Shown here: one piece after another, positions 41,503 to 51,200 of the stretch
Layout of the letters: every line of letters begins with the position of its first letter
How positions within the stretch are numbered: the first letter of the stretch is position 1
Source of the DNA: an uncultured delta proteobacterium
GTDB taxonomy: Bacteria > Desulfobacterota > Zymogenia > Zymogenales > Zymogenaceae
Reading direction: 5' to 3'
Assembly (NCBI GenBank): GCA_963792965.1
Contig: CAWBYW010000006.1
Location: 18,212-82,211, forward strand
Length of the DNA: 64,000 bases
The notes under the pieces: model-generated
What the model was told of the DNA's origin: nothing
The model's input: the letters and a program-made list of their open reading frames with translations, nothing else
Databases searched by the model: none
Made by a program: the position numbers and the translations under genes

Positions 41503-42303
41503 GTGCAGGCCGCCGTGTTGGATCGCCGGATCGAGGATGCGCTCAAAAGGCGTGGGCTTTCGGTGCACGGCTTTTGCCCCACGCATGACCTCCTCTTCGG
41601 CGACCTGACCGAGGCAGAGCTTCGCCTCTTCTATGACCAGATGAGGCGCTACTCGGTGAGGCTGATCCTGCGCAATATAGTCAAGCGGCAGGACGGCTTC
41701 ACGGAGGCAGACCTCGGCGACTTTTCCCGGCCCGACGAGCGACTACGCGTCATCGAAACCCTGGTCGGCATCGGGATTGTCGAGCCGGACGGCGGCTCTT
41801 TTCGTCTGAAGAAGCGGCCCGTCAGGAGCTTCGGCCCAACGCTTGAGTGGTTCGTTGCGTATATGATGCAGGCCGAGTTCGCCTCCCCCGCCGCATGGGG
41901 TGTCACGCTGGGCCCGAATGGCCCGGGTGGCGACTACGACGTGATTTCCTATTACGAGGACGAGCTGATCTACATCGAGGTCAAGTCCGCCCCGCCCAAG
42001 GGGGTCCAGACCGGTGAGGCGGCGGCCTTTCTCGCGCGGGTCAACACGCTCCTTCCCCGGGCCGCCTTCTTTTTCGTCGACACGGAGCTGAGGATGCGGG
42101 ACCGGGTGGTGCTGCTGTTTCATCAGGAGTTTTTGGAGCGCATGAAAGACCCCTATCCTAAGCGCCCCGACCTGAAGAACCTGACGGGGGAGATATTTCA
42201 CATCGACCACCGGATATTCATTCTCAACGCCTACCGGGACGTGGCGGCCAATTTCACCGTCTGTCTCAGGGATTTCCTGGCCCGGGGGCTTTCGGTGCTC
42301 TAA
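41503..42303 (+). CDS. Hypothetical protein with helical/winged-helix N-terminus and PD-(D/E)XK-like nuclease domain
   Basis: FGPTLEW...GGDYDVI...IYIEVKS. Confidence 0.6.
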   Translation: MQAAVLDRRIEDALKRRGLSVHGFCPTHDLLFGDLTEAELRLFYDQMRRYSVRLILRNIVKRQDGFTEADLGDFSRPDERLRVIETLVGIGIVEPDGGSFRLKKRPVRSFGPTLEWFVAYMMQAEFASPAAWGVTLGPNGPGGDYDVISYYEDELIYIEVKSAPPKGVQTGEAAAFLARVNTLLPRAAFFFVDTELRMRDRVVLLFHQEFLERMKDPYPKRPDLKNLTGEIFHIDHRIFILNAYRDVAANFTVCLRDFLARGLSVL

Positions 42304-42341
42304 GGAGAGACACGTCTTGGAACGATCGTCAACGAATGACA

Positions 42342-42368
42342 CCCCAAGAAAACGTCGTTTTCTTGGGG
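42342..42368. other. Perfect 13-bp inverted repeat (terminator or operator)
   Basis: CCCCAAGAAAACG-T-CGTTTTCTTGGGG. Confidence 0.5.
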
Positions 42369-42480
42369 ACACCGTCAAGGCGACCACATAAGTCGGCCCG
42401 CTGAGAAACACGAACGTCTCGCGGTATACGCGAATGACCTTTCAGGAAGAACAACCATTGGAGACTACGGAGTTATCCTC

Positions 42481-43260
42481 ATGATCGGAACAATCGTCAA
42501 TGTCGTTACCATTGTCGTCGGGTCGCTGGCCGGCCTTTTCTTTTCCCGGTTTTTTACCGATCGTATTCGGATGGTCGTGATGCAGGGACTCGCCCTCTCG
42601 ATCATGCTGATCGGCGTCACCATGGCGATGAAGACGACCAACGTGCTCATCGTCATCGGGAGCATGGTGCTCGGCGGGGCGCTCGGAGAGGTGCTCAGGA
42701 TCGAAGAGCGACTCGAGTCGGTGGGTGAGCGGCTAAAAAGGGGTGTGCGGTCGGGTTCGGCCACCTTTGTGACCGGCTTCGTGACGGCAAGCCTCATATA
42801 TTGCGTCGGGGCGATGGCCGTCGTGGGGAGCCTCGACGAGGGGATCAGACACGACCCCCATATCCTCTTTGCCAAATCGTTGTTGGACGGGGTAGCCTCG
42901 ATCGCCTTTGCATCGACGCTCGGGGTCGGCGTGCTCTTCGCGGCAATCTCGGTCTTCGTTTACCAGGGCGCCCTGACGCTCCTGGCGATGTATTTCGGGA
43001 GGTTCCTTTCCGGGATGATGATCAGCGAATTGACGGCGGCAGGAGGTCTCTTGATCCTCGGCATCGGCCTCAATATCCTGTTCGCCCACGGGGCCGAATC
43101 CCCCTCCGACATCCCGGCACCGGCCCCGAAGAGCCGCCCTGCGGGTATGGCGGCCATCGGGTCAGCGCAGCCGGCGCTTTCCATCAAGATCGGCAACCTC
43201 CTCCCGGCGCTCGTCTTTGCCGTGCTGATCGCATGGCTCGTGGAAATGTTCGGCAAATAA
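42481..43260 (+). CDS. DUF554 (YqgA/YdfK) membrane protein
   Basis: MIGTIVN, GFVTASLIYCVGAMAVVGS, KSLLDG, GNLLPAL. Confidence 0.92.
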   Translation: MIGTIVNVVTIVVGSLAGLFFSRFFTDRIRMVVMQGLALSIMLIGVTMAMKTTNVLIVIGSMVLGGALGEVLRIEERLESVGERLKRGVRSGSATFVTGFVTASLIYCVGAMAVVGSLDEGIRHDPHILFAKSLLDGVASIAFASTLGVGVLFAAISVFVYQGALTLLAMYFGRFLSGMMISELTAAGGLLILGIGLNILFAHGAESPSDIPAPAPKSRPAGMAAIGSAQPALSIKIGNLLPALVFAVLIAWLVEMFGK

Positions 43261-43323
43261 GTGTGAGGAGGGTCATAGTTTTGTCCGATATCCCGCAGTA
43301 AAGAAAAGGGGCTATCAAAATAC

Positions 43324-43352
43324 TTTACAAAACGGAAAGGCTATAGTATTAT
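43324..43352 (+). promoter_or_regulatory. Putative sigma-70 promoter
   Basis: TTTACA-17 bp-TATTAT in an AT-rich leader; strong RBS AAGGAGG downstream. Confidence 0.45.
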
Positions 43353-43409
43353 TCCACTTTACGGTATTCTATTTATCATAACTATTTACAACGGAAATAA
43401 GGAGGAAGG

Positions 43410-43754
43410 ATGCGAAACGTAAGGACTCTTCTCATACTACTTGCCGTTGCCCTTACGTTCATGCTGGCGGGCTCCAATGCATCGGCGATGAATCAGAGTG
43501 GCTATCTTTCCGGCCCCGGGGCATCGTATACTTTCACGGTCGACGCGGGCACGAACAACTACCTCGAAGTCAATTTCAGCTATCCGAAGGGCTCAGTCAA
43601 GTTCTGGGTCGAGGTGGTCGGTTCGGACGGCACGACGGTCCTCGGCAACTTTGACCTCGACAACGGTGAAGTCATCCAGCTCTCCGGCGGGGGCACCTTC
43701 TACCTGACGATCTACTGAAACGCCGGCGCGGGATACTGGTCGGCAACATACTGA
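43410..43754 (+). CDS. Secreted protein with one copy of an unannotated ~85-aa beta domain (in-frame TGA at 43716)
   Basis: Signal peptide ending ASA; the domain continues in frame after TGA (NAGAGYWSATY*), matching paralogs. Confidence 0.75.
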
Positions 43755-43762
43755 GTGCGGAC

Positions 43763-43796
43763 GCGGGAGGAACGACATTCCTCCCGCTTTGCTTTT
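43763..43796 (+). terminator. Intrinsic terminator
   Basis: GCGGGAGGAA-CGACA-TTCCTCCCGC-TTTGCTTTT. Confidence 0.8.
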
Positions 43797-43958
43797 CCCG
43801 GGACAGGCTCCGTCCAGTGTGAGACAACCGTGCCTCTTCGTCTCACGAGGTTACCGGCAAAAAGGCTCTTAATCTTATCGCGGACTCTGAGACGATCGTT
43901 TTGATATTTCGATGATCCATCATCCTATACCGTTCTTATTATTCAAAAGGAGGTAACT

Positions 43959-44629
43959 ATGAGAAGATTCAGGGTATCACTGCTCGTTCTTGCGTCGATG
44001 ACGCTTCTGGTGCTCTTTGCCGCCAACGCCTTTGCGGTCACCGAGAGCGGCTATCTTTACGGTCCGGGGGCGTCCTATACCTTTACCGTAAATGCCGGTA
44101 GCATCACCTACCTTGAAGTCCCCTTCAATTACCCGAAGGGGGCCGCCGATTTTTGGGTCAAGGTTGTCGGTCAGGACGGCAGGACCGTGCTGGGCAATTT
44201 TGATCTCGACAACGGCGAGGTTATTCAGCTCTCCGGCGGCGGGCACCTTCTACCTGACGATCTACTCCAACAGGGGCGCCGGAAACTGGTCGGCCACCTA
44301 TAACGTGTCGGGCGGATCCGCTCCACCGGCCTCCAGAGGAACCTGTAATATCTACGCGAACTCCGCCGCCGGATACCTCGTTGGTCCCGGCGATTCCTGC
44401 AGCTGGTCCATCAACGCAGGATCCAGGAATTACCTGGAAGTGCCTTTCAGCTACCCGAAGGGGTCCGTCAAGTTCTTGGTGGAGGTGATCGGGCAGGACG
44501 GCCATTCGGTACTGGGCGATTTCGATCTCGACAACGGCGAAGTCATCCAGCTCTCCGGGGGTGGTCTCTCTTACCTGACGATCCGTTCCAACGCCGGCGC
44601 CGGAAACTGGTCCATGTTCGTGGAAATAG
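43959..44629 (+). CDS. Secreted protein with two copies of the ~85-aa domain (two frameshifts)
   Basis: ORFs 43959..44303 and 44092..44649; removing one base restores the NWSCSWK* end seen in the next gene. Confidence 0.75.
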
Positions 44630-44658
44630 TTTACGTGATAATTTTATAGGAGTTAGCC

Positions 44659-45404
44659 ATGAAGAAGTTCTCTTTTTTGCTGCTCGTTGTGGTCCTTATG
44701 TTCGGACTTACCTTTTCGGGGTGCAACGCCGTCAACGACATGTTCAACAAGCTCTTCGGAAAGGGACAAGCGCCTGTCGTCGCACCGCAGACGCCGTCGG
44801 TTCCGGGCGGCCCGATCACCGAAAGCGGGTACCTGAACGGTCCCGGCTCGTCGTACACCTTTACCGTAAACGCCGGGAATGTCAACTACCTCGAGGTCCC
44901 GTTCACCTACCCCAAGGGACAGGTTAAGTTCTGGGTGAAAGTCGTCGGCCAGGACGGCTCCTCTGTGCTCGGGGATTTCGATCTCGACAATGGTGAGGTC
45001 ATCCAGCTTTCGGGCGGCGGCACGTTCTACCTGACGGTCTATTCAAAGATGGGCGCGGGCGAACTGGAGCGCCACCTACAACCTCACGGGAGGCGGGACG
45101 ACGACCGGCCCGAAGAACTGCAACGTGCTGGCCAACTCCGCGTCGGGATATCTCACCGGCCCCGGGGATTCTTGCAAATTCACGATCAATGCCGGGACCA
45201 ATAAGTATGGTTGAGGTCCCCTTCACGTATCCCAAGGGCCAGGCAAAGTTCTGGGTCGAGGTGATCGGGCAGGACGGCTATACCGTGCTCGGCGACTTTG
45301 ACCTTGACAACGGCGAGGTCATCCAGCTCTCCGGAGGCGGCACGTTCAACCTGTCGATCTATTCCAAGAGCGGCGCGGGAAACTGGTCCTGCTCCTGGAA
45401 ATAG
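44659..45404 (+). CDS. Lipoprotein with two copies of the ~85-aa domain (two frameshifts)
   Basis: Lipobox FSGC, Pro-rich linker; ORFs 44659..45204 and 45189..45404 plus an intervening frame. Confidence 0.75.
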
Positions 45405-45425
45405 CATCTTCAACAAGGAGACGGC

Positions 45426-45839
45426 ATGAAGAAGCTTTTCATGATGGCCCTGCTGGCGGCGGTGATCTTTTCGCTTGTCCTGCCCGCCTGCAAGCGGCGC
45501 CAAGAGACTCCGGCGGCGCCCCCCGCTCCGCAGACCGGCCCCGCGATACCGGCGCCGACGACGCCCGGCTCGCACACCGAGGGCGGCTACCTGGCGGGCC
45601 CGGGCGCATCCTACACCTTCACGGTGAACGCCGGCAGCAAAAACTACCTTGAGGTACCCTTCACGTATCCCAAGGGGCAGGCCAGCATCTGGGTAAAGGT
45701 CGTGGGCCAGGACGGGAATACGGTGCTGGGGGATTTCGATCTCGACAAGGGTGAGGTGGTCCGGCTCATGGGAGGCGGCACCTTCTACCTGACCGTCTAT
45801 TCAAAGATAGGCGCCGGAAACTGGAGCGCTAAGTACTAA
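45426..45839 (+). CDS. Lipoprotein with one copy of the ~85-aa domain
   Basis: Lipobox LPAC, Pro/Thr/Ala linker, intact domain ending GAGNWSAKY. Confidence 0.85.
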   Translation: MKKLFMMALLAAVIFSLVLPACKRRQETPAAPPAPQTGPAIPAPTTPGSHTEGGYLAGPGASYTFTVNAGSKNYLEVPFTYPKGQASIWVKVVGQDGNTVLGDFDLDKGEVVRLMGGGTFYLTVYSKIGAGNWSAKY

Positions 45840-45860
45840 CTGATCGACAACGAACCTAAC

Positions 45861-45887
45861 AAGAAGGGGGGCGATGCCCCCCTTCTT
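45861..45887. terminator. Bidirectional terminator
   Basis: AAGAAGGGGGGC-GAT-GCCCCCCTTCTT between convergent genes. Confidence 0.8.
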
Positions 45888-46586
45888 CTATTTGCAGATC
45901 TTGAGGTTCGGGAATTTACTGCAGATCCCCAGCTCTACCGCCTTTCGGTAGTCCTTTTTAGCCGCTTCGGTATCACCGATGGCATCAAATGCCCTACCCC
46001 GATTGTAATATGCTTCCGCCCTAGTGGGATCGAGATCTACCGCCCTATTGAAGTCCGAAATCGCCAAACGGGGGCGGTCTCTCAGCATATAGAGGTTCCC
46101 CCTATTGTTATAGTAAAGGGACATATCGGGATTCAGTTTTATCGCCTCGCCGTATTCGAGCGCCGCGAGATCGTCGATCCCGAGGATGTCTAAAAGCAGG
46201 CCCCTCTTGAAGTGCGCTTGGGACCCCTTGGAATAGAGGCACAGTTTCGTGATATATTCATACTTGAGGTTTGCCATGCTCAAATTGAGGAGCTGGCGCC
46301 AGCAAAGGTACGGGGTGATTGATCGTCTCCTCCCGTAGTCTATGGCAAGACGGGCATCGTCATCGTAGGTGAAGGAGTTATTGAGATACGCCGGTATCGC
46401 CATTTCATCCTGAAACAGCCTCTGGCTGCGCTCGGCGAGGGAAGAAACCGCGGCGAGGTCGGGGCTTCCATGATATTCGGATCGAGGCGGAGTGATACAT
46501 CCCGAGAGCTGAAGTGACAGTAGCAACAGAACGAGCCAGAAAAGCGTGGCGACCCTTGAGAGCCGATGCTTTCTCCTATCTAGCAT
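45888..46586 (-). CDS. TPR lipoprotein
   Basis: Lipobox LSGC; C-terminal TPRs (YYNNRG, AYYNRG). Confidence 0.8.
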   Translation of the reverse strand: MLDRRKHRLSRVATLFWLVLLLLSLQLSGCITPPRSEYHGSPDLAAVSSLAERSQRLFQDEMAIPAYLNNSFTYDDDARLAIDYGRRRSITPYLCWRQLLNLSMANLKYEYITKLCLYSKGSQAHFKRGLLLDILGIDDLAALEYGEAIKLNPDMSLYYNNRGNLYMLRDRPRLAISDFNRAVDLDPTRAEAYYNRGRAFDAIGDTEAAKKDYRKAVELGICSKFPNLKICK

Positions 46587-46595
46587 ATATTCGCC

Positions 46596-47336
46596 TTACC
46601 GCTTCCCCCCCGTTGCGACCGTGAGGTGGCGCTCGATGACCGAGCAGGAGTCGCCGGCCTTCTTGCACAGCTCGACGGCGTCCGTCAATACCTTCTTGGC
46701 CTCATCGTTTTTTCCCATCTTGAGAAGCACCCATCCCTTCGTGTCGAGCATCGCGTAGCTCTTGGGCTCCGACTTGAGGGCCTCATCGATGAGCACGAGC
46801 GCACGGTCCAGGTTTTCGCCGTTTTGCGCCCAGCAGTAGGCAAGGAAGTTATCTACCTCGGCTTTCGCGATGACGTCCTCGGGCAGGGGCGACTTGTTGT
46901 ATTCCTGGATAAAGGCGATAAACTGGTCGGTGATATCCCGCATCGGCCCGGTAAGCTCTTCCTGGTCGTAGATATCGAGGATCGAGCCGTAGGCGCCGAA
47001 CAGGATCTTCGTCGCCTCGTTTCGATCCGTCACGATCGCCTTTTTTGCCCGCGAAACCGCATCAAAGTAGCTGAAAAGGGCGTTGTTGAAGTTGTTCATG
47101 TGAGCGTAACACAGCCCCAGCTGCATGTCGATGAGCGCGATGATCACGTTCTCTCCCGGCGCCTTGGATTTCGCCAGGGCAAGGCCTTGCTCGTAATAGG
47201 CCGCCGCGTTACGGTAGTCCCCCTTCTTGTAGAGGGCGTCCCCCATGCCCATGAGGGACTTGAAATCCTGGGCAAACAGCGTGGATGCCGCCGAAAGGAA
47301 GAAGATTACCATTACGATAGTGACTGCTCTTTTCAC
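46596..47336 (-). CDS. Exported TPR protein
   Basis: Signal peptide; NFLAY...LDTKGWVLLKMG TPR. Confidence 0.8.
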   Translation of the reverse strand: MKRAVTIVMVIFFLSAASTLFAQDFKSLMGMGDALYKKGDYRNAAAYYEQGLALAKSKAPGENVIIALIDMQLGLCYAHMNNFNNALFSYFDAVSRAKKAIVTDRNEATKILFGAYGSILDIYDQEELTGPMRDITDQFIAFIQEYNKSPLPEDVIAKAEVDNFLAYCWAQNGENLDRALVLIDEALKSEPKSYAMLDTKGWVLLKMGKNDEAKKVLTDAVELCKKAGDSCSVIERHLTVATGGKR

Positions 47337-47521
47337 CTGTTGTCCACCTCCGGTTTATGACAAGGGCCACACCGCTTTTCGTCAACGTCGCCGCGCGGCC
47401 GTGCCGGTCGTCGTCTCTCCTCGGCCGCGTTCCTACCACGGCCCCGTGAAGAGACGCGCCGATGTCGGAAGCCCGCGTTCCGCCCGTCGCCCCACCCCGC
47501 CGCATCACGCCCCTATTGCAT

Positions 47522-48370
47522 CTATTGTATCGGCGTCCTGTTGAAGTTGATGATCGACTTGTCCAGATCGATCTCCTGCACACCTCGGGGCGGATCCAGG
47601 ACGAAGCGCGAATCGTCGATCGGCGCGTTGACGTCGACGTCGGCATATTCGATGCCGATCTTCACGAAGGTCCCCTCATCCGGGACCTTATAGGCCATGG
47701 TCATGGGGACGGCTGTATTCGTGGGGGCCTCAAAATCTCTGAAGGTGCCGTCGATGATGAGGTTGTTCTCGCTGTCGTAAAGCTTCATGGCAAGGATCGA
47801 AAAGGTCCTTCCGTCCACCGTCAGGAGCGCCATGCCGCGCCCGGACTCAAGGGGGGATACCGTCAGCTCGTATATCCCCTTGAGCTCGTCAAAAGACATT
47901 GACTTGGGAAAGTAGTTGTCGAGATCCACCCTTCCCTGGAGCAGTTCGATGATGTCGGCCGCTTTAAAGGGGAGCGGCACGAGGAGCGAGAGGTTCTTCT
48001 TGGAGGCCAGGCCGGAGTAGTAACGGTTCTCGGTCGGCGAATAGATGAAGACCTTCTTGAGATCCGTGGCCAGAAACAGGAGGGTCTGTCCGAGCGGTCC
48101 GACGGTCTCCAGCCTCAAAAAGGACGGCCGTTTGGCAAACACCATCTCGGTCACCCGGTAGTTGTCCGAGAGCGATGACACCGAGACGCGCGCCTGCCCC
48201 CTCAGCACGTCGTGGACCGGATTGGCCGCTTTCGTCCTCTCAAAGAGATCATCGGTATTTTTCACCCGAACGATCGGCAGCACCGGCTTGGGTTGCGGTA
48301 CCGTGCAGGAGATAATGAAGAGGGCCGCGCATCCGGCGACGAGCAAGCACTTCATCCTACAGGAGCTCAT
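47522..48370 (-). CDS. LolB-like/DUF4292 lipoprotein
   Basis: Lipobox IISC; RPSFLRLETVGPLGQ LolA/LolB-fold pattern; downstream of a TPR lipoprotein as in lolB loci. Confidence 0.65.
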   Translation of the reverse strand: MSSCRMKCLLVAGCAALFIISCTVPQPKPVLPIVRVKNTDDLFERTKAANPVHDVLRGQARVSVSSLSDNYRVTEMVFAKRPSFLRLETVGPLGQTLLFLATDLKKVFIYSPTENRYYSGLASKKNLSLLVPLPFKAADIIELLQGRVDLDNYFPKSMSFDELKGIYELTVSPLESGRGMALLTVDGRTFSILAMKLYDSENNLIIDGTFRDFEAPTNTAVPMTMAYKVPDEGTFVKIGIEYADVDVNAPIDDSRFVLDPPRGVQEIDLDKSIINFNRTPIQ

Positions 48371-50096
48371 CGATCTTCTTCCCCTCTTTCAGGTATTCGA
48401 TCTTCTTCTTGAGTTTCTCTATCTGGTAGTCCTCCGGGCCCAGGTCCCATGCCTTCCGATAATACGAGAGGGCGCCGTCCGTGTTCCCGAGACGGTAGGT
48501 CACATCGCCCATGTGTTCGTTGACAACCGGGTCTTCCGGCATCAGAGAGAGTGCACGCTCGATCTCCTTGAGGGCCTGCTGATAGTTCCCCTTCTTGAAA
48601 TAGACCCACCCAAGGCTGTCGATGATGTAGCCCTGGTCGGGCTTGAGCTTCAACGCCTTAACGATGAGGTTCTTCGCCTCATCGAGGTTGATGCCGAGGT
48701 CGGCATAGGTGTACCCAAGGTAATTGAGGGCATCGGCGTCCTCCGGGTCCTTGAGGATGACCTCTTTCAATACCGCGATCGCGCCGTCCTTGTCCCCCGA
48801 CAAATCGAGGATCGTGCCGTAGTAGAAGAGGTGTCTGACCTCGCTGGGCTCAAGCTCCATCGCCTTCTTGATTTCCACCACGGCCTTGGCATACTCCTTC
48901 TTATCCGCCCAGAGCGAGGCCAGGATATGGTGGAGGCTCGCGTCCGCAGGCGAGACCGACAGCGCCTCCTCGATCGCCTTCATGGCCCCGTCGGTGTCCT
49001 TCCTGTCGTCCAGTATATAGGCGATGTGGATTTTGGCGTCCACGAAAAGGGTCGACTTCTTCCCTATCTTATGGAACTGGGCCAGCGCCTCGTCGCCCTT
49101 TTCCATTTTTTCAAGGGACGCGCCGTAGTAATAGATCAGCTTATCGTTATCGGGGTCTACGGCCAACAGCTTCTTGAACTCATCGGCCGCGGGCTGATAT
49201 CGCTCCATCTCGAAATAAAGCAGCCCGAGCTGCAGCTTTATGTCGTCCTGATTGGAGCCGGAAGTGCCCATCGCCTGAAACTCTTTGATGGCATCGTCGA
49301 GGCGATTAAGCTGGATGTAGATCCGCGCCAGGTGTTCGCGCAGCAGGGTGTTGTCCGGGTAGATCTTGACGATCTCCGAGAATTTCTTTGCGGCCAGGTT
49401 ATAGTCCCCCCGGTCCTCGTAGAGCAGGGCGAGCCCGAGGATGGCGGTCTCGTTGTTGGGATCCAGGGCGACCGCCTTCAGGTAGTATTTCTCCGCCTGT
49501 TTCTTGTCCCCGCGAGCGAGCTCGATTTTCCCCATGTAGTAATAGGCATCGGCGGATTTCGGATCGATTGCGAGATACTTCCTCAGCACGTCGATGCCCC
49601 GGCTGAATTCCTTGTTATCCGAGAACAGAGCCGAAAGCTTCAGGTACGGGTCCCTGTCTTTCGGATCGAGCACGATGATCTCTTCGTAGGACTTCACCGC
49701 CTTGTCTGTCTCCCCGAGGCCCGAATAGATCTCGGCCAGAAGCAGCAAGAGGTCCTTATCGTGAGGTGATATCTCCAGCGCCTTTTCCGCATTGGCCGCG
49801 GCGGCGTTGAGGTTGCCGGTCTTGGCATAGAGCTCGGCGAGCTCAAGGTATAACGTCAGCCCCTTTGGGTCATATTCGATGGCCTTTTCATATTCCTGTA
49901 TCGCCAGGGAAAAATCTCCGTCCCACAGCGACGTCCGCGCGGCAAGGTAATAGTATTGAGCCATTACCTCGTTTGTGGTGATGGTGGTCGGGACAGGCGG
50001 CAGTGTCCCCACGGTGACGCCCCCGGTCGTCGTGGAGCAGGCGGCCATGAAAACAAAAAGGGGGAAAAGGATCAGTATCAATCGACTGGTTTTCAT
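48357..50096 (-). CDS. Large TPR lipoprotein
   Basis: Lipobox MAAC; many TPRs; ALNYLGYTYAD...YIIDSLGWVYFK...EHMGDV. Confidence 0.9.
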   Translation of the reverse strand: MKTSRLILILFPLFVFMAACSTTTGGVTVGTLPPVPTTITTNEVMAQYYYLAARTSLWDGDFSLAIQEYEKAIEYDPKGLTLYLELAELYAKTGNLNAAAANAEKALEISPHDKDLLLLLAEIYSGLGETDKAVKSYEEIIVLDPKDRDPYLKLSALFSDNKEFSRGIDVLRKYLAIDPKSADAYYYMGKIELARGDKKQAEKYYLKAVALDPNNETAILGLALLYEDRGDYNLAAKKFSEIVKIYPDNTLLREHLARIYIQLNRLDDAIKEFQAMGTSGSNQDDIKLQLGLLYFEMERYQPAADEFKKLLAVDPDNDKLIYYYGASLEKMEKGDEALAQFHKIGKKSTLFVDAKIHIAYILDDRKDTDGAMKAIEEALSVSPADASLHHILASLWADKKEYAKAVVEIKKAMELEPSEVRHLFYYGTILDLSGDKDGAIAVLKEVILKDPEDADALNYLGYTYADLGINLDEAKNLIVKALKLKPDQGYIIDSLGWVYFKKGNYQQALKEIERALSLMPEDPVVNEHMGDVTYRLGNTDGALSYYRKAWDLGPEDYQIEKLKKKIEYLKEGKKIDELL

Positions 50097-50263
50097 CTTA
50101 TCTTGTCTCCTTCGTTGTCGCTATTATATACGGATCGTTCGTTATCGTCAATGCATTTACCTCACCCTTTGCGGGCCGAAACTGCGAGCAGCGGAACAAG
50201 ACCGGCGGTGCGGCGGCCTCACGGGCCGCCGGCGGGGCATTTCGTGAGGAAATGACTCGACGA

Positions 50264-51130
50264 TTATGAGGGAATGGACGATGTGATCCTTTCCTTTTCG
50301 GCGACCAGCCGGTTGAAGATCTCATGGGGGACGTGAAGATCACCAAACCCCCTTCCGAGCTGTACGACCGGCTTATTTTCGCCGTGAAAATCGCTCCCCC
50401 CGGTGGGGATTATTTGAAGCTTCCGGGCCAGCCCAAGGAAATACTCTTCTTGATCCCTCGAATGATTATAGTAGTAACATTCAAGACCCATGAGGCCCAT
50501 CTCTACGAGCCCCGCGAGAAACTGCGGGAGCCTCTCGTACGGGTCGACGGCCAGCGTCTTGGGATGAGCGAGGACCGGAATCCCCGACGCCTTTCTGATC
50601 AGCTCGATCGATTGTAGCGGCGAGAACCGTGCCTTGTTGACGTAACACGGGGCCCCCTTCTTGATATAGCGCTCAAAGGCCTCGCCCATCGATGAGGCGA
50701 ATCCCTTCTTGATGATCGCCCGGGCGAAATGCGGCCTGCCGATCTGCTCTCCCCCCGCCTCCAGCCGCACGTCTTCCATCGTCACTGGTACGCCGTAGTA
50801 GTTGAGGCGCTCAATGATCTTGGGATTGCGCTCCCTACGGGCCTCCCCAAGGAAGGTCAGGGCCTGCTGGAAGGCACTATCGCCCTCCTCGACGAAGTAG
50901 CCGAGGATATGCATGGTGCCCACCGCTCCGTATTCGGCACTGATCTCGATGCCGGGGATAAAGGGGAGACCGATCCGTTCGGCCCGGGCCCGCGCGGGGG
51001 CGATCCCGTCCATCGTGTCGTGATCGGTAATCGCCACTCCTGAAAGCCCGAGGTTCGCGGCAAGGTCCACCAGCTGCTCGGGAGTAAGTCTCCCGTCCGA
51101 GGCCGTCGTATGGGTATGAAGGTCAATCAC
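50264..51130 (-). CDS. PHP-domain phosphoesterase (YciV/TrpH-like)
   Basis: DLHTHTTASDG, ITDHD, HILGY, LAHP, GGSDFHG. Confidence 0.93.
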   Translation of the reverse strand: MIDLHTHTTASDGRLTPEQLVDLAANLGLSGVAITDHDTMDGIAPARARAERIGLPFIPGIEISAEYGAVGTMHILGYFVEEGDSAFQQALTFLGEARRERNPKIIERLNYYGVPVTMEDVRLEAGGEQIGRPHFARAIIKKGFASSMGEAFERYIKKGAPCYVNKARFSPLQSIELIRKASGIPVLAHPKTLAVDPYERLPQFLAGLVEMGLMGLECYYYNHSRDQEEYFLGLARKLQIIPTGGSDFHGENKPVVQLGRGFGDLHVPHEIFNRLVAEKERITSSIPS

Positions 51131-51200
51131 AATAATGGGGCCATTCCCGCGTTACACGGATGAAAGGAAATGACGGACAAGGTGTGCCGGCCGGCGTTTC

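Noticed and set aside
43410-45839. Diversity-generating retroelement or CRISPR interpretation of the DNA repeats
   Set aside because: The repeats are coding paralogs differing largely at third codon positions rather than specifically at adenines; there is no reverse transcriptase, cas gene or repeat-spacer periodicity.
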